A DNA stretch of 64,000 nt from Octopus sinensis. Its lineage: Eukaryota. Made by a program: the position numbers and the translations under genes. Below the pieces are notes generated by a model. That model was not told the DNA's origin, did not search any database, and saw only the letters and a program-made list of their open reading frames with translations. The stretch's first letter is position 1. Every line of letters starts with the position of its first letter. This document shows, piece by piece, positions 35,103-50,179 of this stretch. The DNA lies in the NCBI RefSeq assembly GCF_006345805.1, contig NC_043011.1, positions 8,060,001-8,124,000 on the forward strand. The letters are read 5' to 3'.

Positions 35103-36579
35103 ACTTTTTAAAAAAGTTCCTACCAATAATGGTTATATTTCCATACCGAAATCTACCCGGAAATAATTGTTGATTTTAAAATTAATAATTATTTACCCTT
35201 ATATTATTAATAATAAGATCAGTAGAAAAGAGGACATCTATGCTGAACTATCGAGAAATCAGCAGATTACAAGCTCGGGTTTATACCTGTAATTTTTGGG
35301 GCCCTGAGACATGTAACACACTGCCTAAATACCAATCTTGGGAAATTAAGCTTCTCAAAACCAGAAAAGAGAAAACTAATTCGAAGACTACAGATCCAAT
35401 CCATCACTGGAGCTAAAAAGTTTATCATTTAAATATATATAAGCGTGTCTAGATACGTAACTATATGCTTAAGAATACATACATAAAACATACAAATCTG
35501 CACATACATACATACATACATACATACATACATACATACATACATACATACATACATACATGCATACATGCATACATACATACATACATACATACATACA
35601 TACATACTTACATACACACATATATATACATGCATACATACACACACACACATATATACATATATACGACGGGCTTCTTTCAGTTTCCATCTACCAAATC
35701 CACTCAAGGCTTTGGCTGGCCCGAGGCTATAGTAGACGACACTTGCCCGAGGTGCCACGCAGTGGGACTGAACCCAGAATCACTGGCCTGACTGAGAATT
35801 CATTTAAAGTGTTTCGAGTTTGTTTCCAGTTTGTTTCCAGTTTATGGCACCTGGGGCGGCAAAAGTTTGTTTAACATGGACGCGTAGCTACGAGGTAAGA
35901 AGTTTAGTTCTCCCCCACATGACCGCGATATCAGTCCCACTGCGTGGCATTTTGAGCAAGTGACTCATGATCGCAAGGTTGTGGTTTCGGTTCCTGGACC
36001 GGGCGATACGCGTTGTGTTCTTGAGCAAAATACTCCCTTTCATATTGCTCCAGTCCACTCAACTGGCAAAAATGTGTTGTCCTGCGACGGAGTACCGACC
36101 CGTCCAAGGAGAATATACGAAAAACCGGCCCTATGAGTCTATAGGATTCGGGAAGGGTTTTCTCCTTGTTTTCTCCTATTCTTTAAGGGTTTTCAGGTAT
36201 GGGTCACATATCAGAAGGTAGTTCTGCAAGTAAGGCATACCAGATTCGAACGAGGGCTGGGTTTCAGACATGTGTCACGCAAGTAAACTGCTGTTTAGAG
36301 ATTCTCTAACGACACGTGAACCCATTACTTCTACCGAAGGGTTTGACAAGGCCTGGGCCCCGAGGACAAGTACCTGGGTGCAAGAGACTCGTCAAGTAAA
36401 CTATAAATAAATCGGTCGAAGGCAAAGCAAGCGGTGCGTGAGTGGGGGTGGTGGTGGTGCTGAGATCACTATTACATCATTTCTAAGAAAAATTATGAAT
36501 CTTTAGTTTTTCAGATTTTGGCAAGGAGTTCCATGATTGCCGACACCTGCAAAGCAGGAATGGCCGGTGAGAAGAAGCA

Positions 36580-36802
36580 TACACAGACACACACACACGT
36601 TCACTAACATTTACACATGCATATAAATACACACACACACGCACACATATATATACTTAAGCATATATAAACACGTACACACAGATACATACGCACAGAC
36701 GCACATACATACGTATATTCTCTCCCTTTCTCTCTCTCTATGTATATATATATGTCTGTGTGTATATATATATATATATATATGTGTGTGTATATATATA
36801 TA

Positions 36803-36876
<74 letters not shown>

Positions 36877-36993
36877 TATATATATATATATTATAGACTT
36901 TTTCTATTTCTATTCCTGAGCGCTATACTAATACATTTGTTTGTTTGTACTCCACCTGCCTTCGTCTTTTGTTTATTTTCGTAAACTTTCCCG

Positions 36994-37077
<84 letters not shown>

Positions 37078-37309
37078 ACACACCACGCATATATACAAGC
37101 ACGATACATATACATATGCAAATATATATTTATATATACGTATACACGCACATACATGTACACGTGCCTACATACATACATACATACATACATACATACA
37201 TACATACATACACACACATACATACATACACACACATACATACATACATACACACATACATACATACACACACATACATACATACATACGTACATATATA
37301 CATACATGC

Positions 37310-37340
<31 letters not shown>

Positions 37341-37449
37341 CATACATACATACATACATACATACATACACACACATACATACATACATACATACATACA
37401 TACATACACACACATACATACATACATACGTACATATATACATACATGC

Positions 37450-37480
<31 letters not shown>

Positions 37481-37806
37481 CATACATACATACATACATA
37501 CAGGCACACAGACACGCAAAGAGAGACGTATAAACACGCGTGTTGTGTTTGTGGGTTTTTGTGTGTGTATGGACAAGGGAAGAAAAACAAAACAAAAGTG
37601 AAATTATAAAAAATACAAAAGCTTTAAAAAACAGAAATTAAACGCCATTCATGATTAATACCATTGAGTATAGGAATGGTTTTTTTGGTTTTTGTTTTCA
37701 TATCAACAGAGCAGGCCGTGGCTTATTATCAAATATGTTACTATAGTTACGGGGGAAGGAAAACAAATTAAGACGAACACAAATACCCTTGCATTCAGAC
37801 ACCCGC

Positions 37807-37845
<39 letters not shown>

Positions 37846-37906
37846 ACACACACACACACACACAGACTCAGAATAAAATCTAAACATACACTTACAGTAT
37901 ATATAT

Positions 37907-37990
<84 letters not shown>
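36580..37990. repeat. (TA)n, (TACA)n and (CA)n microsatellite block
   Basis: Direct inspection. Confidence 0.95.
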
Positions 37991-37993
<3 letters not shown>

Positions 37994-37994
<1 letters not shown>

Positions 37995-39512
37995 AGTTAG
38001 TTAATTTTTTGGCTCAAAAAGCAAAAAGTAAGGCCATGTAGGGGGACATGGAGTTATGTACAGGGTGGTGTTCATGTAAAGAGTTCAGGCCATTTGTGGT
38101 CAAGAGAGACTTTGAACCGAGCGGTCGTCGGCATCTTCACTATCTCGTCCGGCAGCTTATTCCACGGATCCGCAACCCGGACGGAGAAAGCCCCTCTCCT
38201 TCGATTGAGATGAAATCGTCGCAGATAGAGCTTTTCGGAGTGACCCTGCAGCTGACGCTCTGGAGCAGGAGTGAAGAACAGCTCTTTCGAGAGGTTACAC
38301 TTTCCGCTTATGATGTTGTGAGCGAGAATGAGATCACCACGGCGTCGTCGTTTTTCTAGAGAATAAAGGTCGGCGTCTTCAGCCTTTCTTCATAAGACAA
38401 ATGCTTGAGACCAAGAACCATGCGGGTAGCCAGCTTCTGGACTCTTTCGAGATGCTGTATGTCTTTGAGGAGATAAGGAGAAGAGGCTTGAATCCCGTAC
38501 TCCAATATGGGTCTCACCAGCGTGACATAGAGCGGTAGGAATATGGCTGCTGTGACCATTCCGAATGACCGTCGAATCAAAAACAGAACTCCGCGTGCTT
38601 TGTTGGCAGCATGGACGCACTGGGTCGAAGGCGAAAAGGAAGAATCCACCAAGATACCCAGGACCTTTACCTGGTCGGACCCGGCTCGAAATCAAGTTGA
38701 GTTGCAGGAGAATAGCCAACAGGTAGATGACAGCTCTTTGACACGTTCAGACACAGGTCCCATTCGTTAGACCATCTCCAAACTTGGTGGAGGCATCGAC
38801 GAAGATCCTCTATATCACCGCGAGGAGCGACCAGTTTGACATCATCGGCAAATAGAAGGGTGTGTTGCGTGAGGTTGTCGGGCAAGTCATTTATGAAGAC
38901 TAAGAACAATAAGGGCACAAGCACTGAACCTTGAGGCTGCCACTGCTCGCACTGGAGACGTCGGACAGCGAACCATTAACTTGGACTTGGAAGGAGCGAT
39001 CTGAGAGGAAGGCACCAACCCATCGTACACTATCCGGATGGAAACTATATGCTTGAAGCTTGACAAGTAATACGCGGTGGTTTAGCGAGTCAAAAGCTTT
39101 GGCAAAGTCCAATAAAACGATGTCAACAACATCACCATCATCGAGGATACACGTCACCAATTCTTCCATTACCAGTAAGTTGGTCAAGCATGATCTCTTC
39201 GGCTTCGCCGAAGCCGTGTTGGGAATCAGAGATAGAGGCTGTGTTTTGGGGTGGAGAGCAATATACTTTTCTTAAGGATGGTTTCGAACATCTTGCTGAT
39301 TATTGAAGTAAGGGAAACCGGTCGGTAGTTAAGTCGTCTTCGCGGCTCCCTTTCTTGAAAATTGGGCAGATTATCGCTGTTCTCCAGTCCGCAGGTATAA
39401 CACCCGTCGCCAATGACATATTGAATAGAAGTGTTAAAGGCTCGCAGATGACCGGAGCCAACGCTTTGATAACGCTTTGATAACCTGTGGTGTATGCCGT
39501 CAGGGCCGTGAC
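37994..39512 (-). mobile_element. CR1-clade LINE, 5'-truncated and degenerate
   Basis: NYRPVSLTSI, LDFAKAFD, PLLFLVFINDL, FADDVKL, LERVQKLATRMV, LSYEERL. (TAAC)-type tail. Confidence 0.9.
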
Positions 39513-39708
39513 CCATGTTGAAATATAATATATATATATATATATAATATATATCTATACATATATAGATATATATTATATATATATATATATATTATAT
39601 ATATATATATATACCGGAGTAAACACATAAATGTGAAACAAGGTGGAAAAAAGAGTACTCAAATACCAGGGGTAGAGTAATATGCTTTATTTAAAAGCAG
39701 CAGAATTC

Positions 39709-39761
39709 AACAAAACCTGTTACTCGGAGTTTCACGTTCCCGTTCGTCGGACAGTTCTGTT
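39709..39761 (-). ncRNA. Type I hammerhead motif, CCGACGA core
   Basis: AACAGAACTGT-CCGACGA-ACG GGAA CGT-GAAA-CTCCGAG-TA-ACAGGTTTTGTT. Extended stem I with one bulge, GNRA-capped stem II. Confidence 0.78.
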
Positions 39762-41694
39762 AAAATAGAACCGATATGACAATTCTATCAAGACTAGTAT
39801 AAACGTTACACATTAAAAATGGACTTGTTTGATTGGGGTCTTTTCAAATAACGGTCATGTGCGAGCGATAAACAAAATGAGTTCATTATAATATAAAATT
39901 ATAAAAGTCGAGGAAAAACCTTAAAATCGAATCTTTGGTTAAATACATATTGTCATTAATAGAGAAAATATAATTAATACATAGAAATTGAAATTAAAAT
40001 ATTAAAATATATTAAAATATTTCACAACAGTACATACTCATAGTAAACTATTAATATACATATATATATCAACATACACAGATAGATGTGCGCAGACCAC
40101 ATACATATACAGACATATAAATGCAAAACGAAAATATACACACAAATGCATGTACACATATGTATACGCAATCTAGCTCGCATGCAAAAATCACTTGTAT
40201 CCATATAGACTATAAGCAAAATTCATGGATGGGGAAGGGGCGCTCTTATTTGCAACAGAAAGATAAAGACGTAAGCAAGGGAGGGGGAGGGGGGACGTAA
40301 AGTTACAGGGCTCTATACAGGTAACGAATAGGGAGAGAAAGAAACGAAAGAAGGAAGAGAGAGAAAAAAGAAAAAGAGAAAAGGAAAAAAGAAAAGGAAA
40401 GAAGAAAAAATAATAACATTTTGACTGGTGGCGATAGTACTTTTTAGCACAGCAGGCAAACACACAAACACACACACGCACACAGCACGTGCGCATTCGC
40501 ATATATATACATATACACAGGGAAAGGGAGAGGCGGAGAGAAATAGAGACAAGTCACTGTTTAATTGAACACGTTTCGCATAAGCACTTTCCCTCTCCTC
40601 ATACACATGCAGAGAAACATGCTCACAACATAAATGCAGAGCGAATGAGAGAGAGAGAGAGAGAGAGAGGGGGGAGAGAGAAAGAGAGAGAGAGAGAGAT
40701 AGAAAGAGAAAGAAAAGAGTGGGGAGAACGAGGAAGTAATAAAATGTCTGATGCCAAGTAACCAGCGGCGTTAACTAGGCAGCGCCAAACAGACAGCGCC
40801 AAAAAGGCAGCGCCAGCGACAAATAGACAGTGTCAAAACAGTTGAGTCAACAAGCTTCATTCTCATACCTGTAGTGAAATATTAGAGACATGACACGAAT
40901 CATCACAAATTCTTTGCTTGATTGTTGTTGATGTTTAACCACAGGTCAACTCTGCTCAAGCGGAAGTGTTCCAGGTCTGCCCATGCCTTTTTAAGTTCAG
41001 ACAAATTTTCTGGGATTAAACCCTTCAGTGAACCTCCGACCATATTTTTTCTGAAAATATTAAGATTTAGTTATATCTTGAGTGGGTCATTATGCTAATA
41101 ATACACACACGCCTTGATTCTGTTTCACTTCTTATCAATTGGTTACTCACTAAACCAGTCGACTAAACCATTGTTTGATTAATCGTTCCATTAATCAGTT
41201 TGAGCTGATTTAGCTGCTATTTTTAGCGAGTCAAGCGATCTGCGATTTGGGACCGAGGGACAGGAGTCTTAGTGTTTGACAAACTCACGTCAGTCACGCG
41301 CACGCGCAATCACACGCACATGCGCGCGCGCACACAGACATAGAAACATAAAAACGCACAGGAACACACACACGCACGAGAGTATGCACACAGACACACA
41401 CACACACACGCATACAAATAAACGCACAGCACACAAATACACATACACACAGGCAGCGAATAACCACATACACACACACACAAGCACACACACACCACAC
41501 AAGCACACACACACAACACACACACACAAACCACACACATACAAGCACACACACACACACACACAAGCACACACACACAAACCACACACATACACGCACA
41601 CACACACACACGCACACACACACACACACACACATACAAGCACACACACACACACACACACACAAGCACACACACACAAACACACACACATACA

Positions 41695-41739
<45 letters not shown>

Positions 41740-42609
41740 ACACAAACACACACACACACACAAGCACGTACAAAACCAAAGCCTTCGAATTCGTCCTGCT
41801 GCAAAGCCTTACCTCCCCCTCTCTTCCTGGATATTTCTCTCTCTCCCTCTCTGCCAGACTCTGACTCTCCACCTCTCTCTCTCCCTCTCCCTCACTCCTT
41901 TCTTCCTATGACTTTTCCTTTCATCTCTGTCTCTCTCTCTCTCTCTCTCTTTCAACATCTTCCCCTACCCCAGCTCCATAATCCACTTCTTCCCTATCGC
42001 TCCTACCTTTTCACTTTCCTTTCTCCTCTCTCTGTCTGTAACTCCTATATATATATAAGATATATAATTATATATATATGTATATATGTATATGTATGTG
42101 TGTGTGTATGTGTGTGTGTGGGGGTGCGAGTATATATATTATATATATATAATGTGTATATATATATACATACATACATTCCCCATATATGTACATCGAC
42201 ATATAATGTATTGAATATGTGTGGTGTATAATATAATATATACATACAAATATACTATAGATATATATGTATGTATGTATATATATTGTATATATATATA
42301 GTATATATATATATATGTATATATATATGTATATATATATATATATATATATAATACATATATATATATACATATATAATATATATATATACACACACAT
42401 AATATTATATGCATCTCTCTCTCTATATATATATAATTCATATATGCACACACACATGCCCCACACATTATACACACTACACGTACATATATATATATAT
42501 ATAATACATACATAATATTATATGCATCTCTCTCTCTATATATATATCCATATAGATATATCTATATTAATATATATATATATCTCTATATATCAATATA
42601 TCTATATCC

Positions 42610-42652
<43 letters not shown>

Positions 42653-43218
42653 GCACCAACACACCACATCCCCCCCCCCACATTAATACACACACACGTA
42701 CATTAACAAGGCCCCTACACATGTAAATAAGAGTCAACACGATGTTTTAAAAATAGCCCCTTCTGATCACATAAATTGCTACGAACATGTCACACCTGGT
42801 AGAATTTTTACGTGACAACAGCAGGACTGTTCTGAATTCCAGAAACAAGGGACGGCAAAGGAGGACTTCATGACAAGAGAAAAAAAAAAGAGGCAAAAAC
42901 GAACTGAACAACACATAATACGCCACATGGAACGTTTGCCATACCCGATCTTATCAAGATGTACTCTTCTTAGTTTTCATTTTTATTTTTTGACTATATG
43001 CATATATTTCCTAGTTATTTCTATGTATCTGTGCTAAGGTATTTATCGAGACGATTGTTAAATACATTTCTCCGTTCTCCATTCTCCTTTGCCTTACGTT
43101 TTTCTTATTCATTCATTCATTCATACATACATACATACATCATAAATACATGCATTATATATATATATATATATATAATTATATAATACATATATATATA
43201 TAAAGCAGCAGAAAATTC

Positions 43219-43268
43219 AACAAAACCTATTACTCTGAGAGTTCCCGTTGGCCGTTCATCAGACAGTT
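43219..43268 (-). ncRNA. Degenerate hammerhead motif, same family as 39709-39761
   Basis: CTGT-CTGATGA-ACG GCCAA CGG-GAAC-TCTCAGAG-TA-ATAGGTTTTGTT. One core A is missing. Confidence 0.6.
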
Positions 43269-43307
43269 TTTTGCTGCTAGTATTATATATATATCTAAAT
43301 ATATATA

Positions 43308-43400
<93 letters not shown>

Positions 43401-43615
43401 TATAAGGGGTAGAATATGAAAAATCAATGAAAATGCACATTGTAAATAAAAAAAAGGGTTTTTATCACAGGTAACAACAAATATATACATTTAGATGGAC
43501 TGAGGTAGTAATAAAAATCATAAAAGTCGTTATTATGAGATGATTATATCTCGTGTGTACCGTTGGCGATTTTTTTCCCTCTGTCTTCCCTTCTCTGGAT
43601 CTTTCCTTCTCCTAT

Positions 43616-43650
43616 GTTTCCGACGAAGAGCTCCGCTCGAAACGTTAAAC
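43616..43650 (+). ncRNA. Minimal hammerhead motif, CCGACGA core
   Basis: GTTT-CCGACGA-A-GAGC TCC GCTC-GAAAC-GTT-AAAC. Confidence 0.72.
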
Positions 43651-43749
43651 CTTCCTTCTTTCCTTCTTTCCTGAGCGTCCAATAATACTATATTTGTTCC
43701 ACGTCCTCGCGTTGTTGTGTTTTCTCTTGTGTTTTCATGTTTGGATTAA

Positions 43750-44120
43750 TCTTTATATATAAAAGTAAGGTTGTGTCTGTCTCCTACGATTTAGATTCCT
43801 AACTACTCCCACATTTTGCGGTGCAGTTTAACCAAAACGAGCCCTTCTGTGTATTAGCGCGCGTCTACGATGAGTCTACGATTTTAAAAATAATTTACCA
43901 TCATTTTTTTGCATTTTAATGCATTTTTTCGCTATTATATAAGGGAAGTAACTCTCTAAAAATGTCTACGATGAGTCAACGATTTCAAAAAAATTTTACC
44001 ATAATTTTTTTTTTCCATTTTTATTGCATTTTTTTTGCTATTTTTTGGCTATAACTCTCTAAAAATGGCTTATATAGTTATTTCCTTTACAACCTGAGCA
44101 ACGCCGGGCGATACTGCTAG
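43750..44120 (+). mobile_element. Non-autonomous Helitron
   Basis: A|TC 5' end, CTAG|T 3' end, subterminal GC hairpin CCTGAGCAACGCCGGG, internal ~100-bp duplication. Confidence 0.8.
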
Positions 44121-44129
44121 TTAATATAT

Positions 44130-44191
<62 letters not shown>

Positions 44192-44390
44192 GTATATATA
44201 TGTATATATATGTATATATATGTTATATATATATATATATTATATATATTATATTATGTATATATATATATATATACATACAGATATAATATATATGTAT
44301 ATACATGTATATATATATATATATGTATATATATGTATATATATGTTATATGTATATATATAATATTATGTATATATATATTATACATAC

Positions 44391-44422
<32 letters not shown>

Positions 44423-44554
44423 GTATATTATGTATATATATGTATATATATGTATAATATATATATATGTATATATATATTATACATCCTATATATATAT
44501 ATATATATATATATGTATTATATGTATATATATGTATATAGATGTATATATATG

Positions 44555-44629
<75 letters not shown>

Positions 44630-44828
44630 GTATAATGTATATATATGTATATATATGTATATATATATATATATGTATCATATATATATATATACATACA
44701 TATATATATATATATATCTATTGTATATATATGTATATATATATATATATTGTAATATATATATATACATACATATCGATATATATATATATATCTATAT
44801 CTATATATATGTATATATATATATATAT

Positions 44829-44879
<51 letters not shown>

Positions 44880-45071
44880 ATACATACATATATAATATAT
44901 ATATATATGTGTGTGTGCGTGCGTGTTTGGCATGTTTGTGTTAGTGTGCTTATGGAAAGCAAAATCCACATGACTAATTGTCTGTGACCAAAACAAGAAT
45001 GACCTTATTAGGGGATGCTCATTACTACCACTACCACTACTACTACTACCACTACTAAACTACTACTACTA

Positions 45072-45106
<35 letters not shown>

Positions 45107-45111
45107 CACAC

Positions 45112-45154
<43 letters not shown>

Positions 45155-46467
45155 CACACTACTACTACTACTACTACTACTCTACTAGACTACTACTACT
45201 ACTACTACTACTAACACTACTACTACTACTACTTACTACTACTACTAACTACTCACTACTACTACTAACTACCACTATTACTACTACTACTACTACTACT
45301 ACTACTACAACTACTCTATTTCTCTTTCTCTTTCTTCTCTCTCCTTTCTACGCCACCCCCCCATCACGATGATAATGATGTTGATGAGGATGATCATTCG
45401 CTTGCTCATCATCATCATCACCAACGTCACCACCATCAACACTATTATCATCATCATCATCACCACCACCACCACCATCCTCCTCCTCCTCATCATCATC
45501 CTCAGCTTCCTCATCATCATCACCATCAACACCATCACCACCACTACCAATCTCCTCTTCATCATCACCACCATCCTTCTCCTCCTCCTCATCATCATCA
45601 TCATCATCATCGTCATCATCATTATCATCATCACCATCAACACCATCACCATCACCACCACAACCAATCTCCTCTTCATCATCACCACCATCCTTCTCTT
45701 CATCCTCCTCCTCCTCCTCCTCCTCCTCATTATCATCATCATCATCATCATTATCATCATCATTATCATCATCATCATCATCATCATCATTATCATCATC
45801 ATCATCCTCCTCATTATCATCACCATCAACACCATCACCACCACCACCACCATCCTCATCATCATCATCCTCATCCTCATCACCATCACCACCACCATCA
45901 CCACCACCATCCTCCTTCTCTTCATCCTCATCATCACCACCACCACCATCACCCCCCTCCTCCCCCTCCTCCTCCCCTCCTCCTCCCCCTCCTCCTCCTC
46001 CTCATCATCATTATCGTCGTCGTCGTCGTCATCGTCCGAATCTGCTTGCTTCCGCACCGTTATTCCCTCTGATCCTGTTTATCTGCCAAACGCCAGACGT
46101 TCCGTCCCGTATCATTCCACACCCACCTCCTCATCAAACCCCCGCCCCTCACCAATCATTTCAATTTGATAAGTCACTGCCTGATTAACAGGAGCAACTT
46201 CTGTCGATATACATGTGCGTATGTGAGACAGAGGCGGGGGGGGGGGGTCATACACACACAGACACACACACGTACTTGGCTAACTTTTGGCCAGAATTAG
46301 TCCAAGCCATGACTAATTTTATATATATATATATACTTTATTTTTACTTGATTGCGTCAATGGACTGCGGCCATGCTGGAGCACCTTCTTCAAGAATTTT
46401 TAGACGAATGAATCGACCCCCACCCCAGTACTCTTTAAAATCGACTTGTCACCCTCTGTAATAAATC

Positions 46468-46498
<31 letters not shown>

Positions 46499-46500
46499 CA

Positions 46501-46563
<63 letters not shown>

Positions 46564-46569
46564 CATCTA

Positions 46570-46600
<31 letters not shown>

Positions 46601-48362
46601 ACATCACGTGTTCGGTCCGTCAAGGATGCCCCCTCTCGTCACTTCTGTATGTATTGACTCTAGAGCCACTAATGCGGAAGCTGGCGACACTGAGGGGCAT
46701 CCTGCAAGAACTGGAATGCGGGAGGAGCGTGTCTGCACACGCGGACGATTTCACCGTCAAAGTGTCAAGCCACAGACATATTGACCTGGTCCGCGAGGCA
46801 CTAAAAGAATACGAATCGAAAACGGGAGCAAAAATTAACCCAGATAAATTAAGTGGGCTTGCGGCTCGGCACCTGGAAAAATAAGCCCATGCCATCCAAC
46901 AGCGTCTTCATCGTGGGTCACTGGACCAACGGACTGATTAAATTGCTCTGAGTCTGGTTTGGTCCAGACCTCCAAATGGAGAAGATCGATGATGAGATAA
47001 CGAGCAGAGTGGTCACTCTCGCCAACTATGGGCCAAGAGGAAGCTATCTCTAAAAGGGCGGGCTGAGGTGGTGAATGCGAACATCGCATCCGTCAACCAC
47101 AACCGTCTGACCGTTGTGCCTTGTCCCGGCCCTACCATCACAAAATTGGAACGCATACTCTTCCACTTTTTGTGGAGGGAAAGCATTCCGATGGTCAGGT
47201 GATCCATTTACTGTCAACACCGCTAAATGGAGGGCTGGGTATGCCGTGGTTGATGATGCGCAGACATGTACTGAGACTGCGACATCTCCATCGTTTCATA
47301 GACGACGGTGAACAGTGTGGTCACCGTTTGCAAGACGCACTTTCCTACAGCTCGTCTCTTTGACCGAACTGCAATCATTGATCAAGTAGAGACCGAGGCT
47401 GGGCGAATGGCACCGCGTGCGTCGCCATACTCTCGAGTAGCTCTGCCATTTGGGTTCAAACTTGTATGATTTCAATTCCACCAAGGCGTTCTATAGAAGA
47501 TTAATGGAAGGGAGGTGCGATGACATTCTTGGGGAGACTCTGGGCATCGACAGCGAATACCCAATTCGCCTTTTTCGGACCACTTTCGGTTCAGAACCTA
47601 TGGACAATTTCCAGAGATCCCTGGCCAGGCAGTACAATCGGAGAGCGTTGTCCGTTCGATATAAGGCCTACAGAAACGGTTCAAGAAACACTGAACCGAC
47701 CTCCCCGAGATGCGGCCAGAACAACGAAACCGTTCTGCACGCACTCGTGCAATGTCCAAATATTTCAGACCAGTGGGCCTATGTCGAACGGTTGCTGTAA
47801 CGTATGGACGAGTCCGGTTATCAACCGAGTCTATCGTGAATATTGCCCCTCCACCTTCCTTTAACCGGGAAGGCAAGGCAGTTTTCATCGTACCGGTGGC
47901 TATGGCGAAAGAATGTGGACTCGTTTGAAAGGTTTAGAGACAAATACTTTCCTCTCTGACCAACCTCTCATCAACTTTTTAAAGTATTACTTGAAAAGGA
48001 AGGTGAGAGTAGAAGATTTGTCGAATGAAAAGTTTAATAAAAGGTGGGTGAATGTGGCAAGGATGGTACGTATGAATGACGGAACCACTTTGAACATGAA
48101 CCTATAATACAAAAAGAGAAAGTGCGCTTTGCTCCTATGGTTTCTTCCGAGGTTACCGTGATTTCTTTTTCGTAGGTTTTTCTTTCCTAGTCAGTGTTAT
48201 ATTTTCTACCCCTTTTGGGAATTTCTGTTGTTAAAACGTCACCTTGTTATCTCTTTGTGTACACGTCCCAAAACGTTTTCCATCTCTACTGATCGGTTTC
48301 GAAAAGAAAAATTCTACATTGTATTGTCCCCTGTATTCGGCCCTGCGTGGCTTAATAAAGAA
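46601..48362 (+). mobile_element. Tx1-clade LINE, 5'-truncated, flanked by (ATCT)n
   Basis: Begins at RT motif ITCSVRQGCPLS, then AHADD, LSLKGRAEV, MDNFQRSL. Ends TTAATAAAGAAATCTATCC. Confidence 0.9.
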
Positions 48363-48455
48363 ATCTATCCATCCATCCATCTGTCTGTTTGTCTGCATGT
48401 CTGTCAGTCCGTCCGTCCGTCCGTCCATCCATCCGTCTGTCTGTTTGTCTGTCTG

Positions 48456-48505
<50 letters not shown>

Positions 48506-48552
48506 GATGTCTATCTATCTATCTATCTATCTATTATCTATCTATCATCTAG

Positions 48553-48591
<39 letters not shown>

Positions 48592-48620
48592 ATCTATCTA
48601 TCTATCTAGCTAGCTATCTC

Positions 48621-48672
<52 letters not shown>

Positions 48673-48697
48673 GCTATCTATCTTCTATCTAGCTATC

Positions 48698-48752
<55 letters not shown>

Positions 48753-48841
48753 GCTATCTATCTATCTAGCTATCTATCTATCTATCTATGTGTATGTGTG
48801 TTTGTATGTGTGTATACAGGCTGATTATAAACGCACACACA

Positions 48842-48899
<58 letters not shown>

Positions 48900-49314
48900 T
48901 ATATATATATATGGAAAGAGACAGACAGCGAGATAGGCCGATAAAATTTAGTAAATACCGTTGTTTCTGCTATGTAAGGCGCGCTTTTTCTTTTTCAACA
49001 TATTCCCACAAAAACCAGCCTGCACCTTATTTGCTGAAGGCCAGGCTTTGGGTAGACTTAATCAACTGACAAGTGTTAATTTTAGTTCTACGCTAAGGCC
49101 TACCAGTACCTATTTTTAGAATGATAAGCAATTGAATGTTGGGAATTAAAATTATATCTACGCACGAGTAGTTATATTAATGAATTTACAGATATAGTTA
49201 TTCCGTATACAACTAGAGCATATGGGTTTCCAGTAGCTGTGTGCTATTGTTTGTTTACATGAGAGGTTAACGATCCGTATGGCCGAAACATAAACGTGTT
49301 AATATTTGGTTGTG

Positions 49315-50125
49315 TTAAGGCAGCGAGCTGGCAGAATCGTTTGTACGCCGGACGAAATACTTAGCAGTATTTCGTCTGTCTTTACGTTCTGAGTTCAAAT
49401 TCCGCCGAGGTCGACTTTGCTTTCATCCCTTCGGGGTCGATAAATTAAGTACCACTTGTGTACTGGAGTTGATCTAATCAACTGGCCCCTCCCCCAAAAT
49501 TTCGGGCCTTGTGCCTAAAGTAGAAAAGAAACGTTAGCACGCCAAAGGCGGCGAGCATGCAGAAACGCTAGTGCACCGGACAAAATGCTCAGCGGTATTT
49601 CGTCTGCCGTTACGTTCTGAGGTCAAATTCCGCCGAGGTCGACTTTGCCTTTCATCCTTTCGGGGTCGATAAATTAAGTACCAGTTACGCGCTGGGGTCG
49701 ATGTAATCGACTTAATCCGTTTGTCTGTCCTTGTTTGTTCCCTCTGTGTTTAGCCCCTTGTGTGTAGTAAAGAAATAGATATTTCGTCTGCCGCTACGTT
49801 CTGAGTTCAAGTTCCGCCGAGGTCGACTTTGCCTTTCATCCTTACGCACTGGGGTCGATAAATTAAGTACCAGTTACGCACTGGGGTCGGTCTAATCGGC
49901 TTAATCCATTTGCCTGTCTTTGTTTGTCCTCTCTGTGTTTAGCCCCTTGTGGGTAGTAAAGAAATAGGTATTTCGTCTGGCTTTACGTTCTGAGTTCAAA
50001 TTTCGCCGAGGTCGACTTTGACTTTCATCCTTTCGGGGTCGATAAATTAAGTACCAGTTGTGACTGTCCCACTCTCCCAAAATTTCGGGCCTTGTGCCTA
50101 GAGTAGAAAAGAATATTTGGTAGTG
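49315..50125 (+). mobile_element. SINE family 2 copies with an internal ~184-bp tandem triplication
   Basis: (G/A)TATTTCGTC junctions at 49595, 49779 and 49968. Confidence 0.85.
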
Positions 50126-50179
50126 CGAACGTAAGTAACTTATTCAAGAATAACAGTCTAGATTTTCGCGGTTCCTTTA

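Larger units (their letters stand above)
40000..46200. repeat. Low-complexity block: (GA)n, (CA)n, (TA)n, (ACT)n and (CAT/CAC/CCT)n arrays
   Basis: Direct inspection. Interrupted only by short repeat-derived islands. Confidence 0.95.
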
